A program made the translations under genes and the position numbers. A stretch of 64,000 nt of DNA, taken from Octopus vulgaris. Taxonomy: Eukaryota. The stretch is taken from contig OX597817.1 in the NCBI GenBank assembly GCA_951406725.2, forward strand, positions 172,732,001 through 172,796,000, read 5' to 3'. The notes under the pieces are model-generated. The model was not told the DNA's origin. It was given only the letters and a program-made list of their open reading frames with translations, and did no database searches. Of this stretch, positions 1-12,983 are shown one piece after another. Numbering within the stretch: position 1 is the stretch's first letter; every line of letters starts with the position of its first letter.

Positions 1-342
1 AAAAATGTTGGGAAACACTGCTGTATGCGATAACTGAACATTGTTTTAAATGATGGTAAGATGGTAAAAATGATTCAACTGCTGAAATTCCATATTGTTG
101 TTGATATTATAAGCTTATTTTTGTTGATAAGGAAACGGTTTCAAGTTCTCTGATATTATTGGGTCTTCTTTCTTTATTTTTTTTAAATTGTAAATTTATA
201 TAATTAATATAATGATTTAATAAAAATATTTTTTTATTTGTGTATTATCTCTAAGAAACTAATTTAAACCTTATATTTAAATCTTACACACACATACACA
301 CACACACACACACATGTAAATACTTTGCAGAAAAATTTATAT

Positions 343-488
343 AGGCACAGGCGTGGCTGTGTGGTAAGAAGCTTACTTCCCAACCACATGGTTCTGGATT
401 CAGTCCCACTGTGTGGCACTTTCGGCAAGTGTCTTCTACTGTAGCCTTGTGAGTGGGTTTGGTAGACAGAACTGAGAGAAGGCCATTG

Positions 489-531
<43 letters not shown>

Positions 532-671
532 ATAAAACGGTAAGATAACAAAGAAAGAAAGACCTCATATATGTAAATATATCTATATATACATTACTGG
601 TATATGTGGTGATTCCACTTCGGCATCTGCTCAGAGTTTTATCTTGACTCAGTAATGTAACATATTGTATA

Positions 672-707
<36 letters not shown>

Positions 708-915
708 GTGTGTGTATGTGCTTGTCCCCCAACCCTTGCTTGACAACCAACGCTGGTATGTTACATCCCCATAACTTAGCAGTTCAGCAAAAGAGACTGA
801 TAGAATAAGTACCAGGCTTACAAAGAATAAGTCCTGAGGTTGATTTCTTCAGCTAAAAGGCAGTGCTCCATCATGGCCACATTCAAATGACAGAAACAAA
901 TAAAGGAATAAAAGA
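343..915 (+). mobile_element. tRNA-derived SINE (family A), interrupted
   Basis: Head ggcacaggcgtggctgtgtggtaag with A/B-box-like motifs; the 3' part is at about 705-915. Confidence 0.7.
530..665. repeat. Decayed relative of the 46.5-46.9 kb fold-back family
   Basis: 535-585 resembles the reverse complement of 46915-46970. gattccacttcggcatc...gagttttatcttg resembles 46837-46875. Confidence 0.5.
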
Positions 916-933
916 ATATATATGTATATATAC

Positions 934-1327
934 TCTTTTACATGTTTCGGTCATTTGACTGCGGCCATGCTGGAGCACCGCCTTTAGTCGAGCAAATCGA
1001 CCCCGGGACTTATTCTTTGTAAGCCCAGTACTTGTTCTATCAGTCCCTTTTACCGAACCGCTAAGTGACGGGGACGTAAACACACCAGCATCGGTTGTCA
1101 AGCAATGCTAGGGAAACAAACACAGACACACAAATACACACACATATATATACATACATATATACGACAGGCTTCTTTCAGTTTCCGTCTACCAAATCCA
1201 CTCACAAGGCATTGGTCGGCCCGGGGCTATAGCAGAAGACACTTGCCCAAGATGCCATGCAGTGGGACTGAACCCGGAACCATATGGTTGGTTAGCAAGC
1301 TACTTACCACACAGCCAATCCTGCGCC
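934..1327 (-). mobile_element. tRNA-derived SINE (family A)
   Basis: Reverse complement of the GGCGCAGGAGTGGCTGTGTGG...GAAACAAGTAAAAGAG unit. Confidence 0.85.
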
Positions 1328-1442
1328 TATATATATATATATATATATATATTTATTAATGTTTAGCAGAAGTAACAGAGTGACTCAAGGTCCAAGAGTA
1401 TCATGCATTGGCACTTAACAAACTTATATATATATATATATT

Positions 1443-1576
1443 CGTTCGGATGGTTTTCTTATGTGCCACCGGCACAATGGTACCACAAGGATACAAATTC
1501 CATTGAGATGAACATCAATGGAATTTGTATCCTTGTGGTACCAGTGCCGGTGGCACATAAGAAAACCATCCGAACG
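1443..1576. repeat. Near-perfect hairpin of about 62 bp
   Basis: 1443-1506 pairs with 1515-1576, with one 2-nt bulge and an 8-nt loop. Confidence 0.9.
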
Positions 1577-1986
1577 TGACCGTAGCCAGTACCGCAATGA
1601 CTGGCCTCCGTGCTGAGGGCACGTAACAAACACCATCCGAGCGTGGCCGTCCGCCAGCCTCGTCTGGCACCTGTGTCGGTGACACATAAGAAAACACCAT
1701 CCGAGCGTGGCCGTCTGCCAGCCTCGTCTGGCACCTGTGTCGGTGACACATAAGAAAACACCATCCGAGCGTGGCCGTCTGCCAGCCTCGTCTGGCACCT
1801 GTGTCGGTGGCACATAAAATCACCCACTACACTCTCGGAGTGGTTGGCGTTAGGAAGGGCATCCAGCTGTAGAAACACTGCCACATCTGACTGGCCTGGT
1901 GCAGCCTTCGGGCTTCCCAGACCCCAGTTGAACCGTCCAACCCATGCTAGCATGGAAAGCGGACGTTAAACGATGATGATGATGAT
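1515..1986 (+). mobile_element. RTE LINE-associated 3'-end repeat with a (GAT)n tail
   Basis: Ends ...ggacgttaaacgatgatgatgatgat. The same family follows RTE RT remnants at 29450-30030 and 51500-51977. Other copies lie at about 15780-16010(-), 16380-16605, 26385-26590(-), 32610-32800, 37337-37645(-), 43575-43860(-) and 49355-49720(-). Confidence 0.7.
1628..1817 (+). repeat. Tandem repeat of 3 x 64 bp within an RTE-associated 3'-end repeat
   Basis: The unit caccatccgagcgtggccgt... starts at 1631, 1695 and 1759. Confidence 0.9.
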
Positions 1987-2252
1987 ATATATATAATTAC
2001 AGGAGTACCTTTTTGATATGTAAACCCTGTTTCCACATGCTGATTTATTTTTAAGTAGTGCCAAATGATATGCACACTATTTAGTATGCAACTTCCTGAG
2101 AGATTTCATTATCACGGTTGTAATAGTTTAATTATTAGTAATTTTATATATCTGGTATGGCAGATGAAAAGCTTGCAAGTCCCAGATTGAAGCTAGTAGC
2201 TTTGTTGTCAGTCACGTAACTTATTTAAAAAAAAAATGTCAAGTTTATAATT

Positions 2253-2572
2253 GCACGGTTGCGGGTTCAGTCCCACTGCGTGGCATCTTGGGCAAGTGTC
2301 TTCTGCTATAGCCCCGGGCCGACCAATGCCTTGTGAGTGGATTTGGTAGACGGAAACTGAAAGAAGCCTATCGTATATATGTATATATATGTGTATGTGT
2401 GTGTCTGTGTTTGTCCCCCTAGCATTGCTTGACAACCGATGCTGGTGTGTTTATGTCCCCGTTACTTAGCGGTTCGGCAAAAAGAGACCGATAGAATAAG
2501 TACTAAAGGTGGTGCTCCAGCATGGCCGCAGTCAAATGACTGAAACAAGTAAAAGAGTAAAAGAGTAAGAGA
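2253..2572 (+). mobile_element. tRNA-derived SINE (family A), 5'-truncated with an internal deletion
   Basis: Near-identical to 13731-14147, with a (TAAAAGAG)n tail. Confidence 0.85.
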
Positions 2573-2743
2573 GCAGTATTATTATTCTTAGTGTGTTGTA
2601 ACTCTTTTGAGATCAACTTGCTCAGCAACCCTGTCTCTGGTTCTCTGACATAAACTCCCCATTTTCAAGTGACCTCGATTAAAATCTTCCGTCAAAATTT
2701 CATGTTCATTTATGTCCCAAATGCCAGATTTAATAATGGTAAA

Positions 2744-2958
2744 CTCTCTTTTACTCTCTTTTACTTGTTTCAGTCATTTGACTGCGGCCATACTGGAGCA
2801 CCGCCTTTTAGTCGAGCAAATCGACCCCGGGACTTATTCTTTGTAAGCCCAGTACTTATTCTATCAGTCTCTTTTGCCGAACCGCTAAGTGACGGGGATG
2901 TAAACACACCAGCATCGGTTGTCAAGCAATGCTAGGGGGACAAACACATACACACACA

Positions 2959-3010
<52 letters not shown>

Positions 3011-3175
3011 TATGACAGGCTTCTTTCAGTTTCCGTCTACCAAATCCACTCACAAGGCATTAGTCGGCCCGGGGCTATAGCAGAAGACACTTGCCCAAGA
3101 TGCCACGCAGTGGGACTGAACCCGGAACCATGTGGTTGGTAAACAAGCTACTTACCACACAGCCACTCCTGCGCC
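2744..3175 (-). mobile_element. tRNA-derived SINE (family A) inserted into an older TTAA MITE
   Basis: Full-length reverse copy. The flanks 2620-2743 and 3176-3262 resemble the TTAA MITE family. Confidence 0.85.
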
Positions 3176-5140
3176 TAAAGTGACTTTTTAAAATAATTTT
3201 TGCAAATTAATAAAAACCAAGTCAGTGTGTTTGAACAGAAATACGGTAACAAAAGAGTTAAGCATGGAAATCTATTCTAAACACTTAAACTGTCATATAC
3301 TATTTTATTAGATTACCAAGTCGTAGAATGTGTAAACCATTTTGTTTCTAAATAGAAATCTGCAATAAACCATTTTATTTTTATTTCTTAAAATGCAGTT
3401 TTTCTTTACACTTTATTTATTTTGTGCTCTTAGAAAATATTCATTGTAAAACCTAAGTCTTGAACATTTGAAATATTTCATTTGCTATTTATATCCTTAC
3501 TTGTCCTTCAGTTTTCTGAATATTATTTTCTATAGTTATTTGAAATAAATTGAAATAAATTATATCAAAAATATAATTCTTCTATTGTTTAGAATACTGA
3601 ATTTCTGAACTGAAATAACTGCTCACCACTCTATTTGTCCAGTGAATGCATAATTATTCTTTTATTCTTTTATGCATTTCAGCCCAAAGGCTGTGGCCAT
3701 GCTGGGGTCATCACATGCAACTACAATACTTTTGGCTTTCATTTTTTTAGTGAGAAGAATAGTGAAGGCACATGGCCTTGTGGTTAGGATGTTGCACTCA
3801 CAGTCTTGTGTTTGTGGTTTCAGTTCCTGGACCAGGCGGTGTGTTATGTTCTTGAGCAAAATACTATATTTTCTGTTGCTCCATTGAGTCTACTCAGATG
3901 AAAATGAGTTCCAGAAATGGCTGGGAAGTTAACCCTGCAACAGATTGGCATCCCATTCTGTCAGGAGTGATGTAATAACCATCACTTATATGCCATGGAA
4001 ACCAGGTAACCAGCTTTATGAGTCCTAAGCCTAAGAAACAGAGTGCTCATGACCTTTGACATGGCCTCCGAGTCTAATGAGGAAGAAAGGGAAGAAGAGG
4101 CCATGGCTTATGGGTTATGCTCAGATCAGAGACCTAGTTTGAATACATTAACCCTTTTGATCCCAACCAACACCAGGCTGTCCTGGACCTGTGAAAATAT
4201 TTTTTCATGTTTTAAATTGATCTAAATTTAAACCTTCCATCAAAATTTGAAATGAATTTATTGGCACAGAAGTAACTGTTGAGAAATTTTGCTTTGCAAC
4301 CATCTGGTCTCAGGTTCAGTCCTACTGCGTGGCATCTTGGAAAACATCCTGCTCTAGAATATCTGCCTCAGTAAATTTATTTGGACTAGACAAGCATGGA
4401 AAAGTAGATATCAAAATGATGGTGATTATGATGATAATGTTCTAAACACCAGCTTAACAACAACAAAAGTAATTTTACAAAACTTCTTCAGCCTATTCAA
4501 AATTAATTGAAATAAAGGCAGTGTATTTCAGCAGAAATATGGTAACAAAAGATTTAAAAGGTAACCAAGAACTAGGGGATAGTGTTAAAGTAGGCAACAG
4601 ATTTAGTCTGTTAGGTACCTTACATAAAGTGGAACTATTGTAATGACATACAAGTTTTAAGAAAGAAGCATAGATATCAGAAATGATGAAGGAATAAGTA
4701 AACAGAGCGAACAAGAAAACCATCTACAACTGCCTTAGGTTAAGAGAAAACTAAACTATCTCAAATTTATATGACACTTGTGCTATGAAATGCAATTCTA
4801 CTGATAACACAGAAAATCTTTAATAACCTTGATCAGTTTTCTGATTTAGCTTTTCTTTCTATTCCTTCAGACTTTCCATATTAAGTATGGATGGTTGTTG
4901 TTTTGTTGGAATCATTGATTTAATTTTTTAGGGTGACTGTTGCTTTCTCTGCTTCTAGTAATTCAACTCTGATGTAGGAGTAGCATTTAAGGCAATCATA
5001 GGCAACCTGTGGCTCCTCGTGAGGCTTTGAATGACATATCTAAATGAAAAATTACTTTAAATTTTTTAGTAGTGCAACCTGCCTGATGATGAGCCATGCC
5101 TCATGTGGCCCACCTCTTGAAAAAGATTGCTTTACCCGGT

Positions 5141-5368
5141 TTAACCCATTTGTTACTGTATTTCTGTTGAGATGCTCTCTGTTTCTTTCAATTACTTTAA
5201 ATATAACAAAGAATTTATTAAAATAACTTAGTTATCATTAAGCTAGTGTTAGGAACATAAATTGTGACTAAGGTTTGGTGGAAGATTTTAATTCAAAACT
5301 TATGAAAGCAAGACATTTGTACTCAGAGTCAGGGTTGGTTTCAGCCGGGTTGGTAACGAAAGGATTAA
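5141..5368. mobile_element. TTAA-flanked (piggyBac-type) MITE
   Basis: TTAA-CCC...AGGA-TTAA termini. Near-identical copies at 20751-20983 and 31021-31250; older copies at about 4148-4558, 18661-18866 and 30330-30540. Confidence 0.8.
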
Positions 5369-5873
5369 GGTAAGCCTAAAGGAAGTAGTTACATTTTTTA
5401 TCCTGAACAACAATACAGTGAGTGTAGTAGTAATAATGAAGATTTGCTATTTGACCATATAGCTTTTACATCAGTACGTTAGTCTCACAAGTATTGTACT
5501 GTGGTTGTAGTAGTAAAACTGAGGTCTTGTCTTAATATATTAGTCTCCCAGTAACGGTCTTTTAACAATGAAATTTTATTTAGAAAATTACGAAGGAGAA
5601 AAGCTGTTGTATTTATGTTTATTTTTACATAGATTTAAGAGAAAACAACAGTGAATGTTTCAAGTTTCACCAAAGGATCTTAAAAACATGAAATAACTGT
5701 TTGATTAATATTCATGATATAAATGTATCATAATCTTTATCGTTCAGGTTTAACTTATATCAAAGAAATATACCTTGGAATTTTTATTTTATTTCATTTT
5801 AAATTTAATTACTTTCTTTCTCTGTTTAAAAATCTGTAAATCACTGACATCTCAATTTTTTTTTTTCATTTAG

Positions 5874-5976
5874 ATTCAGGTTGAAAATAACATTGAAAAA
5901 ACTTTATGTTGCTGGTTATGTACATCAGGACCTATTTCTATTACTGCACGCACAGATCGAAAAGGCTATTGCCCAG
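5874..5976 (+). CDS. ARRDC3: Alpha-arrestin (ARRDC3-like), first visible exon; the gene is 5'-partial and the upstream exons lie outside the window
   Basis: Polypyrimidine tract + TAG acceptor, GTCAGT donor. Translates IQVENNIEKTLCCWLCTSGPISITARTDRKGYCP(G), matching the ARRDC 'EKTLCCW.CTSGPIS....RKGY.PGE' motif. 103 nt, ends phase 1. Exact paralogue assignment (ARRDC2/3/4) is not resolvable here. Confidence 0.93.
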
Positions 5977-8704
5977 GTCAGTTATTTTCTGTTTTGATGG
6001 GCATTTTCTAAAAAGTTTCTTTTTTTGCATGAAAGTAAGCACATTCTAGATATTTGCTTCAACACCTACAGCTTCTGCAATTTTTTTATTTTTATGGCTT
6101 AGTCAGAGGCCATGACCTTTTCCATGGCCTTTGTGGCTAATGGAGTGGAAATGACGAAGAAAGCATTACTAATGGGCTGCTACTGAAGGAAGAAGTGCCT
6201 CAAGTTACTGAGTTATGCTAAGGTTGGAGACCTGATTTAAATATTTGCAACAAAGTGGACTTTACTAAAGTACCCCAAGGCCAGGTGGTGGTAGTTTCAA
6301 ACTGGTCAGTAGATTAAACCTAGCTAAGAACAGTTACTATCCTACTGGTAGAGATTTCCACTGTTTCAATCTGTGCAGTTTCATTTACAAAACTTTGATC
6401 ATCTCAAAGTGCCATCAAGTGAGAACAAACCTGCAACTGTTTGATTGCCAAAGTAAGCTTCGTAACTAGCGAAATGATTTTTTAAAGATGTGTTTTAATT
6501 AAAAAATCAAAATCATTGTTTAAAATAAAGAAATTGTCATGTTGAAAGTGAATCTAGTTGGTAATTGAATAATATGTAGTAGATAATATTCAATCAAATT
6601 CATTATACAAATTAATTTGGTAATGAAAATTAAAATCTTGGATTAATATGAGATGTAAGTACTGGTGTATATTATTATGTTCCCATTTCCTACTACAATA
6701 TAGCGATGTATGTTTAAACTCAAGTTAGCCTTCATATTTACACAAAACCATATGCTTTCATGTAGAAGCATATAGCTGAGTGGGTAGGGTATCAAGTTTA
6801 GGAAATGCAGACATTTTAAAGCATTTGAAGCAGTCTCTGGCAAGGTACTTAATTGTACATGGCCTCAGTTGTCTGCTTAAGTTTTTAGTTGTGATTGATT
6901 TATTTTGTATCCCGAAAATATTTATTCTTTCATTTGTTTAATGCAACAGAAATCTGAGATAAGCATCAGCCTTATGGACTCTTATTATCCATAAAAGGAT
7001 AAACTTATTCTTTAATCTTTCAACATTGTTTGACATTTTATCATTTTAAACCAACAACTAAGTATTAAAAATGAGTGAATTAATGTTGCTTTAAAAGCAC
7101 AGTGTCTGAAATAATGATGATTGCTTGATGAAGGATGACTTGGACCTAAACAATAGCAATGACCTTGTTACCCAGTTCTCATCTACATCTTGAATATTTT
7201 CATTTTGTAAGTGAATGTTTCTTATAATTCACTTCCTCTGTTTTGTAATTTATATTCTATGTTCAACAGATCATCCTTATGTCATTCTGTCTTCAAATTT
7301 CCTGTCTTTTTCACTCCTTGATCATATTTTATTGCCGTGTTCCATATATTTCTTTCATGTACATCATACAATTTAGCTTTCTTATGAGAGTCATCCTGAC
7401 TTTAGACCTAAATTGTTTACCACTGCTGCAAAAATTGGATATATAGACATACAATTTCAAATAAATTGTTGCTTTTTGCACATGAAATTATCATTTGTTT
7501 TTTAAGAAAATGAAATCCCAACTTAGTATTACTTTATCTAGACACTTATTGAAGTTGATTTAGCAAAATTTTAATTATAAGAACAATTTATAATTTTTAG
7601 CCATGTTTTTATCATTAATCTTTGTCACTAATTTCAATCATTTCCATAAAATTGCATTCTTCTATAGTTTTTTTTTCTTTTTGCAATTGATAGAGCAATG
7701 ACAACAACGCCTCTGAGATTGTGTCCTTAGAATCCTGGATTACTGTATTAACTCTACAATAAGTAAGGTCAACTGATATGAGTCAAGAAATGTTATTAGA
7801 ATTTAAAAAATTTTGCAATATGTATTACCAGTCCATATAAATATGCAACTATTAATGACTTTTAAAAGTTATTTATTTATATTTTGAGAAGCTCTTGTAT
7901 GTTTAATGTATGTGAGGGCTGTGTGAAATTGTTCTGACAATAAAAATTTGAGGGGTTGGATACCCTTTCTTCATTTCTGGTTTAGAGAAATAATATTGAT
8001 TGTCGTCATCATCATTTTAAGGTCTGCTTTCCTACGCTTACATGGGTCACACAGAGTTTATTGAGACAGATTTTCTGCTGCTGGATGCTCTTCTTGTTAC
8101 CAACCCTCACCTGTTTCCCAGTAAATTGCTATTTCCTCATGACCAGTTATGTCTTGGAAGAGTGGAAATGAATCTGTCATAATGACACACTTCATTGTGT
8201 GATGGTGACACTCACTTGTAACTATAACAACTATAACATGATGTCAAAGCAAAGAGACAGTAACACACATATGTACACGCACAGGCATGCACATATCCAT
8301 ATTTGAAACACACATAAACATGCATGCATACATATATAAAACAAACACACACACACTCACATCCATTAGGCTTCTTTCAGTTTCCATCTACCAAATCCAC
8401 ATACAAGGCTTCAAAGACACTTGTTCAAGGTACCATGCAGTGGGATTGAACCCAATGCCATGTGGTTGGGAAGCAAACTTCTTACCCCATCATTGTGTCT
8501 GCACCTCCTGTATTGAAACCATTTCAGCTCCCTATCACAATAATTACCTTGTGCTTCTTTCTATCTTCATGTACTCTTTTTATCTGTTATATAGGACAGT
8601 GGTTTGACCCTCCCCCCATGGACTTCCTTCGTTGTAGTCAAGTTAAGTGAAATTCCCTAATTGTTTAGCAATTATCAGTAGACTGCATTAGAAAAGCTTA
8701 CATT

Positions 8705-8940
8705 GCAGCAAGCTGGCAGAAACGTTAGCATTGCTGGGCGAAATGCTTAGCCATATTTCGTCTGCCATTACGTTCTGAGTTCAAATTCCACCAAGGTTGA
8801 CTTTGCTTTTCATCCTCTCGGAGTTGATAAATTAAGTACCAGTTATGCACCGGGGTCGATGTAATCGACTTAATCCCTTTGTCTGCCCTTGTTTGTCCCC
8901 TCTATATTTAGCCCCTTATGGGTAATAAGGAAATAAGAAA
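8705..8940 (+). mobile_element. tRNA-derived SINE (family C)
   Basis: gctggcagaaacgttagc...ttctgagttcaaattcc head. Related copies at about 10680-10900(-), 13295-13690(-, two), 27080-27270, 37830-38057(-), 42455-42655(-) and 42735-42945. Confidence 0.7.
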
Positions 8941-11026
8941 AGCTTGCATTGCAATTGTTTAGTCCCCTCCCTCCCCATTTCCCTTCACCTTCCCAATCTC
9001 TGCCCCCCCCATCCCTCGGGGAGGGGAGGGGAATTTTCCTTTTTTTCTTTTTTGTTCTTATCCTGTCTTGCAATTTACTTGGAAACCTCACTAGTGTCGG
9101 TGGCACAAAAAAAAAAAAAGAAATAACAACCCACTCTATGAACACTGTGAAGTAGTTGACATTAAGTAGGACATCAAGCTGTAGCAAACATGTCAAAGGT
9201 CAGACTGGAGCTTGGTACAGCCCTGCAGCATACCGAATCATCCAACCGATGCCAGCATGGAAGACAGGCGTTAAATGATTAGGAGGAGAATGATGATCAA
9301 TTGTATAGATCCAATGTTTGAAAATAGTTAAGACTTCTGGTGGATGAAACCTGAAAAATAGTCAAGAATAGAGAGATGTCAGCAGCAAATGAGAATTAAG
9401 TTGACAGAAAGAAGGAAGAAAGTTACTAACAAGAGAAGATGAGTGCAAGGAGATACGATACTCTTGAGGAATGCTTGAAGAGATGTGAAGAGAAACTCAT
9501 TGCTAGTGTGGCTTATAAAGAATCTGCCAAGGCAACTGATCAAATTTGTATGTAAGAGATTTGCAAACAGCTTGTCATACAAGTGCTGTCAATCAAAAGC
9601 TCTGCATACAGGATGCTAATAGATTTCAGGGTTAATCAGGAGAGCATGGACACCATTTCAGGGCCTCCCTCTTGATGGCTTTACAACACACTGGCCCTCC
9701 ATCACTGATACGAGGTCCCACCGACTGGATTGATTGACTGGTATTCGATCTTAATTCCTTCAGCCCAGGATCATCAGCACCCTTCTAAATGTGCAGTCAT
9801 GCAGATCTGACATGCTTTATGGGCAAACAGGTACCTGCCTCACACCTATATATTACTTCTCTAATCAGGTGTCATCATGCCTTTTTAGCCACATCCAAGG
9901 CTGGCTCTCAATTGCTGACTGCATCTCTTGAAGTGATATGATGAAAAACTTGCTGATAGTGTGACTTACAAAAAAAAAATGTACCAAGCCAACTATTCAA
10001 CTTCATATGTAATATATATATTCAGAGAGATAGAGGGAAGGAGGGAGGGAGAGTTTAGTCAGTTGGGTATATTTAAAGTATGTATTAAAAATGATATCCG
10101 ATACATAAAAGAGAATTCCTTAGTTAATGTTCTATAGAAACTAACAAATGCAAACATGGCTAATTGTAGATTGCTGCCTGTAGTTTTAATAAAGGAGATA
10201 CTAGTTGATAATTCCTTTGTCTTGATAGGTTTTACTGTTGAGGACAATTTCACTAGAGTTTAGAAAAACTGGGAGTTTCCTAAGGTGAGCCAAATCTGTA
10301 TATTTCTGGGTAAATGTTTGCACAGAGGGAAAGATGTAGTAATTGAAGAAAGCTGAAGCTATTTCACAGACAGAATACATACGGAAATCATCAGAGCATA
10401 ATGAATTCATAGTTAGAGATATTGTTGTGTGTGTGTGTATCAAATCTGTCAAACTGTCCGACCCATGCCAACATGGAAGATGGACATATATGTCAGAGGT
10501 CATACATGTGAATGTAACCTAAATACATTTTTTTGTTTTTTGGTACTCTTCTCTCTTTTTGGTACTCTTCCTCTCTTCCTTGTCTCTCTCTCTAGACTTT
10601 CACCTAGTATCCAATAAAGAACTCTGTCCAAAGCATTATATTTTTACTTTATAATGTTTTCCCTTCTGTGAGTATCAACTTAATAATCCTTTCTACTATA
10701 GGCACAAGGCCTGAAATTTAGGGGAGTGGGTTAGTTGGTTACATCATCCCCAGTGCATAACTGGTACTTAACTTATTGATCCCAAAAGGATGAAAGGCAA
10801 AGTCGACCATGGCAGAATTTGAACTCAGAACATAGTGACGGGTGAAATACCGCTAAGCATTTTGTCCAGCATGTTAACGATTCTGCCAGATCGCCACCCT
10901 GTGTATCGACCTAATAATAGTAACTAGGAACATGCTTTGAACTATTGTTCTTGTTTCTTTTGTGTTGATATCTGTTTTGATATGTATGTATGTATGTGTG
11001 TGTAAGTGTGAATATATATATATATA

Positions 11027-12264
11027 TTGGGTCATCTCATAAATAATGTGGTTTTTTTCAGCTGCATGAACTAAAAGTCAGAGGGAGATGGGATTAACTA
11101 CCTGCATCAACTTGCTATAAAAGCAGATAGTAATTTTACCTTGTCCTTATTCTTAGTGCAAGTTTTGAGGAGTGCACTTCGATTTTAACAGTTATTTTTT
11201 CAAAACTATAATGGAAGTGACAAAGGAGCATATTCGGCACATTTAGCTTTATGAGTTCAATAAAGGCAACAACACAATGGAAAGTGCAAGGAATATTAAT
11301 GCAGTATATGGGGATCAGACAATAAGAATAAGCCAGTGTCAGTGATGGTTCCAGAAATTCCAAGCTGGAATCTACAGCCTAGAAGTCGAGCCTCATCCTA
11401 GCAATTCTGTGGAGCTCAATGAGTACATTCTGCAAACCTTGGTGGAACAAAATCCCATCGTAACTGTCGAGGAACGAGCAGAGAAGCTTGGATTTAGTCA
11501 TTCAACCATTCATCGACACCAGTGTGCCATCAGAAAAGTCATCAAATTATGTCAATGGATTCCTCACAAACTTTCCAAGTCTTGTCACATGCAGAGAGTG
11601 AATGTGTGCTCTTCTTTGCTGTCATGTCTCACGAATGAACATTTTTTGGACTGAATAGTGACTGGTGAAGAGAAATAGGTTCTCTATAAAAATGTCAAGC
11701 ACCGAAGACAGTACCCAGCACCCTAGGCTAAAGAAGGTCTTCACCCACATAAGGTGTTATCTGTTTTGGTGGGATATGAAAGGTTTAGTCCACTTTGAAC
11801 TTTTAAACCCAAACCAAACAGTAACAAAGGAGATCTACTGTGAGCAGCTTGAGTGGCTTAAGTCAGTGCTAAAAGAAAAACGACCATCTTTGGTTTCAAG
11901 ATGAAAGGTGTTGTTCCATCAGGATAATACTCGGCCACATACAGTGAGGATAACATTTCAAAGGCTGGAGCAGTTTGAATGGGAAATGACGCCCCACCCA
12001 CCATAATCGCTAGACATTGCCCCATCTGATTATCATTTATTCTGCAGTCTTCAAAGTTATTTGGACGGAAAAAATATGAATTTTGTAGATGAGGTCATGG
12101 ACAAGTGAATTTTGGAAGAGGGGCCATGCAAGTATACCAGGTAGATGGAAGAGCATTGTAGAAAATGAAGGAGAGTATATCTTAGGTTGAAAAAGAACTT
12201 TGTTTATTTTAATTTTGAAAAATAAAGAAGTATAAATGACTGCATTATTTATGGGATGACCCAG
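11027..12264 (+). mobile_element. Mariner (Tc1/mariner) DNA transposon, near full length, inactive
   Basis: TIRs ttgggtcatctcataaataatg / cattatttatgggatgacccag with TA flanks. The transposase starts at ATG 11211 (MEVTKEHIRH...), with WIPHKL, IVTGEEK, FHQDNTRPH and PHPP*S.DIAPSDYHLF motifs, and carries several stops and frameshifts. Confidence 0.93.
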
Positions 12265-12669
12265 TATGTGTGTGTGCGTGTAATGTTTTGAAACTTACAT
12301 ATTGTCTTGATATAATGTGCAAGGAATATTTTAAGGATTAATTTAACATAGGATAAAAAGGATAAACATCCTTCCTGAGTCATATAGACTCACAAGGGCT
12401 GGTTTCCCAGTTTCCATGGCATTATTATTCCTCAGCTGGATGGGAGACTGGTCTGTCACAAGATTACTCGTTTTTGCCTGCTGAGCAATATGAAATGAAG
12501 TGTTTGGCTCAAGAACACAACACGTCACCCTTCCAGGAATTGAAACCACAATTTTACAATCATGAGTCCAACACCCTGACCACTAAGTCATGTACCTCTA
12601 CAGTTTAACAATAGACTTTAACTTATCTATAATTAATTTCTTTTTTTTCTTTTGGTTTTATCTTTCCAG

Positions 12670-12810
12670 GAGAATCTATTGCAATTTCAGCCGAGTTCGA
12701 TAATTGGTCGTCAAGAACAGTCACACCTTATGCATCCTTGCATCAAACACAAGCATTTTTTGCAAATGGAAAATCCAGAGTACGCCGTACCAAATTTACT
12801 GTTCTCACAG
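12670..12810 (+). CDS. ARRDC3: Alpha-arrestin exon (arrestin C domain)
   Basis: tctttccag acceptor, GTATGT donor; 141 nt, phase 1 to 1. Reads (G)ESIAISAEFDNWSSRTVTPYASLHQTQAFFANGKSRVRRTKFTVLT(G), in frame with the previous exon. Confidence 0.93.
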
Positions 12811-12983
12811 GTATGTTCTGATTTTCATTTTATTCTATTTTATTTTTTCACAGAACCTGTGGAATTTCATATTTTCTTGTGATGATTTATTGTAATTTTG
12901 GAAACAAGTTTTGATGTTTTTTTTCTTTTCATTTTTTTAAAGAAAAATGTAACTGGAAATAATCCTTTCTATAGTTGGTACAT

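Noticed and set aside
1-5873. Upstream arrestin N-domain exon
   Set aside because: No reading frame with arrestin-N motifs (e.g. PTSFEG, VRY) and splice sites was found; it probably lies upstream of the window.
10605-10645. Relic resembling the 24.7-kb hammerhead motif
   Set aside because: Both core strands are mutated (ccaataa, caaagc); too degenerate to support.
11211-12190. Functional or domesticated mariner transposase
   Set aside because: Multiple in-frame stops, frameshifts and a deletion.
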